In this document: positions 8,221-15,902 of the stretch, one piece after another
How positions within the stretch are numbered: position 1 is the first letter of the stretch
How the letters are laid out: every line of letters begins with the position of its first letter
Source of the DNA: Armatimonadota bacterium
Lineage (GTDB): Bacteria; Armatimonadota; Hebobacteria; CAIYQO01
Assembly (NCBI GenBank): GCA_038248345.1
Contig: JBBRXO010000017.1
Coordinates: 1 to 33,941, forward strand
DNA length: 33,941 nucleotides
Reading direction: 5' to 3'
Made by a program: the position numbers and the translations under genes
The notes under the pieces: generated by a model
Told to the model about the DNA's origin: nothing
The model's input: only the letters and a program-made list of their open reading frames with translations
Databases searched by the model: none

Positions 8221-10263
8221 ATGAACAAATTAGCGGATTGCGCGTGCCTGCAGCAGGGCACCTTAAAGATACATGATACGACGTTGCTGACGGATGTGTC
8301 GGAAACCATCTCGTTGGTACCTGACCCCCAAGGCGTCGGAGTTTTCGTACAGTTCGCGCCCGCCTCTGCGGCACCACGACACGAGGTAACTTTCGGTAAG
8401 GTAGCAGGAGTAGAAAGATTCATGAGCTGTTTCCGCTATGATCCATGGTGGATGAAACCGACCGCCGGCACAGAGATCAGCCAAGTTCCTGCGGAGACGC
8501 AATTTCTACTAGTGGAATGCAATAACGGTCAGTATGCTATCTTTGTTCCAATAATTGACGAGCCTTACCGCATGACTTTTGCCGGTACCGAGGCAGGCAC
8601 GCTTACCATAGTCGCCGACTCAGGTGATCCAGCAAGCACCAGCTCGCAAATCACCGCCGCCTTTATCGCTATGGGTGATGACCCGTACAAATTGATTGCT
8701 GCAGGCGCCAACAGCGTTGCGCGGAAAATCGGTACTCGGTTACGCGAAGAAAAACTGCTTCCCCCTTTCATGGATTCTTTTGGCTGGTGTACCTGGGATG
8801 CCTTCTACCAGGAAGTATCCCATGAGAAAGTCCGCGCAGGGTTGGCCAGTTTCGTTGAAGCGGGAGTACAACCACTGTTCCTTATCCTCGATGATGGCTG
8901 GCAATCGGTGAAGGTATCCGCCACCGGTGAATCGCGCCTCACGGCCTTTGCTGCCAACGATAAATTCCCCGGTGACCTTGCCACTACCGTGCGGATGGCG
9001 AAAGAAGAATACGGTATCGAATATTTCTCTGTCTGGCACACGCTACAGGGGTATTGGGGCGGAGTAGACGGAACCTCGCTACCCTATCCGACACGTGCTT
9101 TGGCGCGTGAATTTGGCCCAGAAATTGTCAAACTCGTTCCTGATATCAATACCTCTTTCGGAAATATAATCTCACTCGTAGAACCTGATTCCAGCTATCG
9201 CTTCTTCCAGGATTTCTATCGACACCTGCACAGCCAGGGAGTCGACGGGGTAAAGGTAGACAGCCAGGGGTCACTACAAGCAGTCGCACGCACCCATGGC
9301 GGATATGTTTCGCTCATGCGTACCTATCATGAAGCGCTGGAAGGCGCCGCGCAAGTACACTTCCAGGGGAACCTCATCAACTGTATGTCGCATCCCAATG
9401 AGATGTTCTACTCAGCGCTAAACTCAAATGTCACGCGTACCTCCACAGATTTCTGGCCGGATCAACCAGCTTCCCACGGCCTGCATCTATATACTAATGC
9501 GCAGGTGAGTATGTGGTTCGGTGAATTCGTACACCCGGATTGGGATATGTTCCAATCCGCCCACCCCATGGGGCCATATCATGCCGCCGGGCGCGCAGTG
9601 GCAGGTTGCCCGATCTATGTCTCGGATAAGCCCGATGGGCACAATTTTGACCTGTTACGCAAAATGGTACTTTCAGATGGTACCGTCCTGCGCGCCCTGA
9701 ACATCGGTCGCCCAACGCGAGATTGTCTGATGTTCAATCCATTAACTGATGATGTGCTGCTGAAAATTTTCAACACCAACGATGGTGCGGGGATAGTAGG
9801 TGCATTCAACGCGCAGTATCATGAAGAAATCAGCGAGCGGAAATCCATCACCGGAACGATAAGTCCAGCTGATATGGAAGGGTTAGCCGGTGAGGAGTTT
9901 ATCATCTACGCCCACAACGCCCGAACAATAACCCGCAGTCAGCTCGCTGAAGAGCACGTCATCGCACTGGATGAACTGGCATTTGAACTTTACACCATAG
10001 TTCCGATCCAGAACGGAATCGCACCAATAGGCCTTATCGAGAAGTTCAATAGCGCCGGAGCCATCTCCGGGAAGCGATTAGAGCTTGATGGAAGCCACAC
10101 CTTCGACCTGCGTGACGGCGGCCGGGTATGGGTATGGTGCGCGCACAAGCCGACACAGGTGCTGCAGAATGGCAACTCCTGCGAGTTCAGCTATGACTCA
10201 GCCACTCATGTCATGGAATTCATCAGCTCGATTGACGGCTTGCAGCAAGTGACTATTATCTAG
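8221..10263 (+). CDS. Sip1/raffinose-synthase-family alpha-galactosidase (GH36 subfamily)
   Basis: FGWCTWDAFY, ILDDGWQ, GVKVD (nucleophile), RTSTDFWP (acid/base), PDWDMFQS, IYVSDKP, APIGLIEKFNSAGA motifs; AGGAG RBS. Confidence 0.92.
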   Translation: MNKLADCACLQQGTLKIHDTTLLTDVSETISLVPDPQGVGVFVQFAPASAAPRHEVTFGKVAGVERFMSCFRYDPWWMKPTAGTEISQVPAETQFLLVECNNGQYAIFVPIIDEPYRMTFAGTEAGTLTIVADSGDPASTSSQITAAFIAMGDDPYKLIAAGANSVARKIGTRLREEKLLPPFMDSFGWCTWDAFYQEVSHEKVRAGLASFVEAGVQPLFLILDDGWQSVKVSATGESRLTAFAANDKFPGDLATTVRMAKEEYGIEYFSVWHTLQGYWGGVDGTSLPYPTRALAREFGPEIVKLVPDINTSFGNIISLVEPDSSYRFFQDFYRHLHSQGVDGVKVDSQGSLQAVARTHGGYVSLMRTYHEALEGAAQVHFQGNLINCMSHPNEMFYSALNSNVTRTSTDFWPDQPASHGLHLYTNAQVSMWFGEFVHPDWDMFQSAHPMGPYHAAGRAVAGCPIYVSDKPDGHNFDLLRKMVLSDGTVLRALNIGRPTRDCLMFNPLTDDVLLKIFNTNDGAGIVGAFNAQYHEEISERKSITGTISPADMEGLAGEEFIIYAHNARTITRSQLAEEHVIALDELAFELYTIVPIQNGIAPIGLIEKFNSAGAISGKRLELDGSHTFDLRDGGRVWVWCAHKPTQVLQNGNSCEFSYDSATHVMEFISSIDGLQQVTII

Positions 10264-10282
10264 TTACGTATGAGGTAAGCAA

Positions 10283-10314
10283 TGGGAGCTCCGCGCATAG
10301 ATGCGGAGCTCCCA
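10283..10314 (+). terminator. GC-rich hairpin, probable terminator after the GH36 gene
   Basis: tgggagctccgc / gcggagctccca 12-bp stem; weak pyrimidine tail. Confidence 0.6.
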
Positions 10315-10327
10315 CCCTTCCTGTTAT

Positions 10328-10356
10328 TTGTTATTAACTCCATTATTGACTATAAT
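10328..10356 (+). promoter_or_regulatory. sigma70 promoter of pfp
   Basis: TTGTTA-17 bp-TATAAT. Confidence 0.6.
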
Positions 10357-10423
10357 ATAGTGGTTCTCCGAAATACTGTACGGGAGAGCCTATTAAAACA
10401 GTCACTGAAGGAAGGTTATTGAC

Positions 10424-12085
10424 ATGAGTTCCGTCATCTCTGCGTTACAACAGGCTCGTCTAGAGTATCAGCCCAAACTGCCACTAGCGTTGCGTTCCTC
10501 CGGCATCTCGGTTGAGTTCGGTGCCAACACCGCTCCGCCCACGGATATTGAGGCTATCAAAGTACTATTCCCCCACACTTTCGGCCAACCGGAAGCGAAA
10601 ATCACTAACTCCGGGATATCCCTGAATGCCAACCCGATAAAAGTCGGCGTTGTGCTCTCCGGCGGGCAGGCTCCTGGTGGTCACAATGTAATCGCTGGAT
10701 TATTCGATGCTTTGAAATCAGCCAATGTTGACTCACAACTCTATGGCTTCCTAAAGGGCCCCGGCGGGATAATTAAGGGGAAATACATAGAATTGAATGC
10801 GGGCATCATAGATGCCTACCGCAACACGGGCGGCTTCGACATGATTATGAGCGGGCGTGACAAGATAGAAAAAGCAGAAGACTTGGCCGCGTGCAAAACC
10901 AATTTTGAAGCGATGGAGCTGGATGGCCTGGTAGTTATAGGTGGCGATGACTCCAATACTAACGCCGCTGTCCTTGCCGAATATCTGAAGGCTAAAGGGT
11001 GCAAGACTGTAGTCATCGGCGTCCCCAAGACCATTGATGGTGACATGAAGAATGAGCAGATTGAAGCCTCCTTCGGCTTTGACACTGCCGCCCGCACCTA
11101 CTCCGAATTGATCGGCAACATCTGCCGCGACGCCCAGAGCGCTGTTAAATATTGGCATTTCATCCGCCTGATGGGCCGCGCCGCCAGCCACGTAGCGCTG
11201 GAATGCGCTTTACAAACTCAACCGAGTATTACGCTGATCTCCGAAGAAATTCATGAGAAAGGAACTACGTTGCATGAGATCGTCGACTATATCGTCGATG
11301 TCATCGTCAAACGCGCCGATGCCGGGAAAAACTATGGCATATTGCTAGTTCCTGAAGGATTACCCGAATTTATCAGCGATATCAAAGCGATGATCGAAGA
11401 ACTGAGTAACATCCTCGGAAAAGATGAGAAATATATCCATGGCTTAACCGACCATAACGATCGGCAGCAATATTTGAGCGGCCAACTATCCGATCATAGC
11501 TCACGAGTATATACATCACTCCCCTTTGATATTCAGGACGTGCTGTTACGTCGTGACAGCCATGGCAATGTACCGCTCTCACAGGTGGAAACCGAGCGCC
11601 TGCTCATCGACCTGGTCTCTGACAAGATCAACCTGCTGAAGGAGCGCGGCGAAGCGGCAAATGTGAAATTCAGCCCGCTGGGCCACTTCTTCGGTTACGA
11701 AGGTCGTTGTGCATTCCCCTCGAACTTCGATGCCGATTATTGCTACTCTCTCGGTTTTGCCGCAGCACAGCTAGTACGCGCTGGCGTTACCGGCTACACT
11801 GCCAATGTACAAAATATCACAAAACCATGCGAGGAATGGGTGGCCGGTGGTACCCCTGTTACGATAATGCTTAACATCGAAATCCGCAAGGGGAAACCGA
11901 CTCCGGTTATCAAAAAGGCGCTCGTGGAGTTAACAGACGCCCCATTCCAGTACTTCGCCGCCAATCGCGATTCATGGGCGATTAACGATGAGTTCCTCAT
12001 CCCTGGCCCAATCCAATACTTTGGGCCAGCAACCGTCTGCGATGCCCCCACAAAGACCCTGTCTTTGGAAAAAGGCATAGCATAA
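10424..12085 (+). CDS. pfp: Diphosphate--fructose-6-phosphate 1-phosphotransferase (long-clade PPi-PFK)
   Basis: LSGGQAPGGHNVI, YRNTGGFD, GGDDSNTNA, PKTIDGD, RLMGR, HFFGYEGRC, PGPIQYFG; GGDD indicates PPi dependence. Confidence 0.96.
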   Translation: MSSVISALQQARLEYQPKLPLALRSSGISVEFGANTAPPTDIEAIKVLFPHTFGQPEAKITNSGISLNANPIKVGVVLSGGQAPGGHNVIAGLFDALKSANVDSQLYGFLKGPGGIIKGKYIELNAGIIDAYRNTGGFDMIMSGRDKIEKAEDLAACKTNFEAMELDGLVVIGGDDSNTNAAVLAEYLKAKGCKTVVIGVPKTIDGDMKNEQIEASFGFDTAARTYSELIGNICRDAQSAVKYWHFIRLMGRAASHVALECALQTQPSITLISEEIHEKGTTLHEIVDYIVDVIVKRADAGKNYGILLVPEGLPEFISDIKAMIEELSNILGKDEKYIHGLTDHNDRQQYLSGQLSDHSSRVYTSLPFDIQDVLLRRDSHGNVPLSQVETERLLIDLVSDKINLLKERGEAANVKFSPLGHFFGYEGRCAFPSNFDADYCYSLGFAAAQLVRAGVTGYTANVQNITKPCEEWVAGGTPVTIMLNIEIRKGKPTPVIKKALVELTDAPFQYFAANRDSWAINDEFLIPGPIQYFGPATVCDAPTKTLSLEKGIA

Positions 12086-12105
12086 TTTCCACATCAACAT
12101 GAATG

Positions 12106-12145
12106 AACAGCCCCGTCTGGCTAATACCGGCGGGGCTGTTTTATT
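12106..12145 (+). terminator. Rho-independent terminator after pfp
   Basis: aacagccccg...cggggctgtt followed by ttatt. Confidence 0.85.
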
Positions 12146-12223
12146 AGCTGGTTAACCGACCCTAGCGACCATTAAAACAGCAACTATTACAGCTTTTTCA
12201 AAAAAGATATAAGCAACACCTCT

Positions 12224-12257
12224 TTGTGATGCTGTTGTGATAATCCTCTGGTATATT
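12224..12257 (+). promoter_or_regulatory. OmpR-type tandem repeat (TTGTGAT-N4-TTGTGAT) over the -35 region plus extended -10
   Basis: TTGTGAT at 12224-12230 and 12235-12241 (11-bp period), then TG-G-TATATT at 12249-12257. Confidence 0.55.
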
Positions 12258-12308
12258 ACCTTATAACAACCTCGTAATCATGCGGGGAATGATGAAAGGA
12301 GAAATACC

Positions 12309-13109
12309 ATGAAAAGAAACACCCTCTATGGTGCGGTAATTGTATCCGCATTACTGGTGACAGGAATTGCCACTGTCGCCTTCGCTCAGACAGGTAATGG
12401 CGGTGGACGTGGCGGTAGCGCTACCTGTACCGCACCTGCTGGGCAGCCCGGCAACGGTGGCGGTATGCGCCAGCAGATGGCGCCACCTGCGCATCCTATA
12501 GTGAAGTACGGCGCGGGCAGTGTCTACACCCTCACCGGCGTTACTCTCACTCAGTATGACGCCCTCACTCTGAAGCAGACCGGCACAGTTACACTGGAAG
12601 AGATTGCCGAACCGGCTGTCGCAACGCAACCCAATGCTGCTGCAGGCAACCAGCAACCCCCGATGATGCGCCAGTTGCGCCGTCATGGACCAACTACTTT
12701 CGTCATCGTCAACAATGCGGCGATCATCATCAAGGGTGACACGTTCTATCGTGTATCCCTGGTCGATATGAAAATTGCAGTAAAATCCGAACTACCTAAA
12801 CTGGCAGTAGATGCAGCCGCTATTGCACCGCAAGATGGCGCAACTCCTGCAGGTCGTGGACAAGGTGGCCCCGGTGGACAATGTGGAGCACCCAGTGGAC
12901 TGTGTGGACCTGGTGGTAAGGGTGGCCCTGGTGGACAGCGTGGATCGGGCATGGGTGGCCCTGGAATGATGGCTCAACATGCAGAACCAGTGATCAATGG
13001 CGATACCATGTACCTGACACGTGGCAAAGAACTATTAGCGATCAATATCGTCGATGGTACAGTCACCGCGCAGGCAGCAGTCGTCGGCGGACCGAAGGCA
13101 GCGAAATAG
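12309..13109 (+). CDS. Secreted hypothetical protein with three beta-rich repeats and Gly/Met/Pro-rich linkers
   Basis: Signal peptide ending AFA-Q; AAAGGAG RBS; repeats SVYTLTGVTLTQYDALTLK, AAIIIKGDTFYRVSLVDMK, TMYLTRGKELLAINIVDGT. Confidence 0.8.
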   Translation: MKRNTLYGAVIVSALLVTGIATVAFAQTGNGGGRGGSATCTAPAGQPGNGGGMRQQMAPPAHPIVKYGAGSVYTLTGVTLTQYDALTLKQTGTVTLEEIAEPAVATQPNAAAGNQQPPMMRQLRRHGPTTFVIVNNAAIIIKGDTFYRVSLVDMKIAVKSELPKLAVDAAAIAPQDGATPAGRGQGGPGGQCGAPSGLCGPGGKGGPGGQRGSGMGGPGMMAQHAEPVINGDTMYLTRGKELLAINIVDGTVTAQAAVVGGPKAAK

Positions 13110-13128
13110 AACGCCGTTGATGTGACAA

Positions 13129-13166
13129 TCGCCCGTGCGTTGCTGATAATGGCGGCGCACGGGCGA
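13129..13166 (+). terminator. Long intergenic hairpin without U-tract (stabiliser or weak terminator)
   Basis: tcgcccgtgcg/cgcacgggcga 11-bp perfect stem extended by G-U pairs on the + strand. Confidence 0.5.
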
Positions 13167-13213
13167 GACGCTGTGTGGTACAATAGAACATCCTGACTTA
13201 TGGACGTGATCAT

Positions 13214-13897
13214 ATGCCTCCTTTAGTATTACTAGCTGATGATGACCGTGATCTCACCGAGGGATTACGCTGGTTTCTGGAAGCGGATGGCTTCCAGGTT
13301 GTCACTGTGACGGATGGCCTGAAGGCATTAGAGACCGCTCGCCGTGAAAAGCCTGATGTCGTTATCCTCGACATCATGATGCCCGGTATGGATGGCGTAA
13401 AGGTATGCGAGACGCTACGTGCGGAATCCGATGCCTTCATCGTCATGCTTTCGGCAAGAGATACGGAGTTGGATAAAATCCGCGCACTGGAAAAGGGCGC
13501 CGATGACTACATGACAAAACCGTTCTCTGCAGCCGAACTGGCCGCACGCTTAAAGGCGATATTACGCCGGGTACGTACTTCCAGCCCCGGCAACGAGTTG
13601 CGCTGGAAAAACTTACACCTGAACCTCGATGAGCATACAATTGCAATAGGTGACACCCCCGTAGCCTTATCTGCCACGGAATATGACCTGCTGCTGGCGC
13701 TGATGCGTCGCCCGCGGGTAGTTTTCCCACGTGAGCAACTGGTACAGATTATTTGGGGAGATGATTTCTACGGCGAGCTTCGGCTTGTAGACAATCACAT
13801 ATATCGTTTGCGTGACAAACTCATTGCAGCCGGACTTGATCCGTGTCCGATACATACAATCCGAGGAGTTGGCTATGCCTTTCGTCCTGAAGAATAA
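13214..13897 (+). CDS. OmpR/PhoB-family response regulator
   Basis: ADDD, LDIMMPGMDG, MLSA, DDYMTKPF receiver motifs; winged helix VDNHIYRLRDKL...IHTIRGVGY. Confidence 0.96.
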   Translation: MPPLVLLADDDRDLTEGLRWFLEADGFQVVTVTDGLKALETARREKPDVVILDIMMPGMDGVKVCETLRAESDAFIVMLSARDTELDKIRALEKGADDYMTKPFSAAELAARLKAILRRVRTSSPGNELRWKNLHLNLDEHTIAIGDTPVALSATEYDLLLALMRRPRVVFPREQLVQIIWGDDFYGELRLVDNHIYRLRDKLIAAGLDPCPIHTIRGVGYAFRPEE

Positions 13898-15182
13898 AGT
13901 GCGTTTGCAGGTTATCGCCTGGGTTTTCTTCGCCATCTTACTAAGTTGGATGGCGAGTTCAACGTTATTCTATCTGCAAGTACGTAGTCAGATGATGGCG
14001 ATGCGTGAAGAGCAGCTTAGCTACCCCGCACAATATCCTAATCCCATCCCTGAGCCACGCTTTGATTGGTCGGATCTCATCATCGGCCCGCAGGGGTTCT
14101 TCCGGCGTGGAGATGGCCATATGAACGGGCCACGTAATGGTATGAATCCACCGCCCTATGATCAGCGTTTCTCACCACCTCCGCCCCCGCCGGATGCACA
14201 ACAGAATAACGGCAGACCTATGAACAGACGGCCCGGCCCACCGCGGCAACCGATGAATGCCTGGCTGGTACTCGCAGCTCGTTCCGCAATAGCGCTGCTT
14301 TTTGCCTTACTTACCGGTTACATCATAGGACGACGCATCACCAAACCATTGGACAAGCTGACCGAGGGAGCACACGCACTGCGTGAAGGAAAGTATTCGC
14401 ATCGCATTGATATACCGGGGGAAGATGAATTTACACAGGTCTCCCATGTGATGAATGATATGGCGGCGCAGGTGGAGGCACACATTGCCAGTGTGGAGGA
14501 GAACGCACGCCGTCGCCGCCAGATGCTTGCTGATGTGGCGCATGAGCTGCGTGGGCCGGTAATGACCATCAGCACCATGAGTGACGCGTTAACTAGCGGT
14601 ATAGCCAATGATGCAGAACGTCGTGAGCTCGCTTTAAATTCTATCAACTCCACTGCCCACCGTTTGCGCCATTTGGTAACGGACTTGCTGGAGCTGGCGC
14701 GACTCGATCTGCACGAATTGCCCATCCATCCCCATCGAACCGATGTAAGTGAGCTTATCAATAGCTGGCTGGCTGGTTATACACATGCCGCGACCGAGAA
14801 GCAAATCGTATTAGTAGCCAAACTTCCCAGTAATGCCGTCATCGCTAATCTCGATCCCCACCGGCTCACCCAGGTACTCGATAACATATTGGGCAATGCG
14901 ATTAGTTATGCCGGTGAAGGTTCTACGGTGATTATAACGTTAGTGGATGACAATCCGTTTGAGATAATCATCGCTGATGATGGCCACGGTATCCCTGCTG
15001 TACATCTACCGTGCATTTTCGATCCCTTCTATCGTGCCGACACAACTCGCACTCCAGGTAACGAGCACAGCGGTCTCGGTTTGCGCATTGCTCGCGGCCT
15101 GGTAGAAGCTCAAGGCGGTACATTAGAATTGACGAGTGAAGAAGGAATGGGTACGACAGTGGTGATCGAATTACCAATGTAA
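13875..15182 (+). CDS. HAMP-domain sensor histidine kinase (HisKA/HATPase_c)
   Basis: Two TM helices, HAMP (ITKPLDKL...EDEF), H-box AHELRGP, N-box NILGNAISY, DDGHGI, FDPFYR, GLGL; ATG at 13875 with GAGGAG RBS overlapping the regulator. Confidence 0.94.
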   Translation: MPFVLKNKVRLQVIAWVFFAILLSWMASSTLFYLQVRSQMMAMREEQLSYPAQYPNPIPEPRFDWSDLIIGPQGFFRRGDGHMNGPRNGMNPPPYDQRFSPPPPPPDAQQNNGRPMNRRPGPPRQPMNAWLVLAARSAIALLFALLTGYIIGRRITKPLDKLTEGAHALREGKYSHRIDIPGEDEFTQVSHVMNDMAAQVEAHIASVEENARRRRQMLADVAHELRGPVMTISTMSDALTSGIANDAERRELALNSINSTAHRLRHLVTDLLELARLDLHELPIHPHRTDVSELINSWLAGYTHAATEKQIVLVAKLPSNAVIANLDPHRLTQVLDNILGNAISYAGEGSTVIITLVDDNPFEIIIADDGHGIPAVHLPCIFDPFYRADTTRTPGNEHSGLGLRIARGLVEAQGGTLELTSEEGMGTTVVIELPM

Positions 15183-15211
15183 TAGGATTCTCGCCGGAAC
15201 AGACGAGCATC

Positions 15212-15844
15212 TTATACCATCCAGTGCATCAATTTCGCCCATAAACGACTTAATGGTAGCCCTACTACGGTATAGTAATCTCCCTGGATACCGGTAATGA
15301 ATACGGCACCATGGCCTTGGATTCCGTAGGCACCGGCCTTATCGAGAGGTTCGCCACTCGCTACGTATTCGTCAATCTCACGGCGCGTGAGTTGGCGAAA
15401 GTGAACATGAGTCTCCACCACTTCGCTGACGATATTCCCTTCCGGATGGGCGATCAGCGCGAAGCTGCTCAATACCATGTGCTCACGCCCGGATAACCTG
15501 TACAACATCTTCCGAGCATCTTCGACATCCACCGGTTTACCGAGGATGTCTACGCCACCTCCATGGTAACGCGGAGCATTGGCATCTACAGAATCCGGTA
15601 GCACGACCACCGTGTCTGCGCCTAATATCAAGCGGGGTGCCGATGTAATTTCGGCGGCTGAGGCACGCGCTTTATCTTCCGCGGTCTTACGCACCCACTG
15701 CAGCAGGTCTTCACCAGGACGGGGAAGCGGCTCTTCAACATGGGCAGGCGACACTGTGAAGTCGATCCCCAATTGCCGCAATAACTCAGCGCGGCGGGGT
15801 GAGGCGGAAGCGAGAATCAGGGAACGAGATAGTAATTGCGGCAT
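15212..15844 (-). CDS. maf: Maf family nucleoside-triphosphate pyrophosphatase (YhdE type)
   Basis: LILASASPRRAELL, GADTVV, ILGKP, LSGREH, EPLDKAGAYGIQG, VVGLP. Confidence 0.95.
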   Translation of the reverse strand: MPQLLSRSLILASASPRRAELLRQLGIDFTVSPAHVEEPLPRPGEDLLQWVRKTAEDKARASAAEITSAPRLILGADTVVVLPDSVDANAPRYHGGGVDILGKPVDVEDARKMLYRLSGREHMVLSSFALIAHPEGNIVSEVVETHVHFRQLTRREIDEYVASGEPLDKAGAYGIQGHGAVFITGIQGDYYTVVGLPLSRLWAKLMHWMV

Positions 15845-15861
15845 AGAAGAATCCCAGATAC

Positions 15862-15896
15862 ACCATGGCCCCGGAAGTTACCTCCGGGGCCATGGT
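15862..15896. terminator. 14-bp perfect hairpin between the SurA-like gene and maf
   Basis: accatggccccgga-7 nt-tccggggccatggt; no clear U-tract. Confidence 0.55.
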
Positions 15897-15902
15897 ATCA
15901 GT

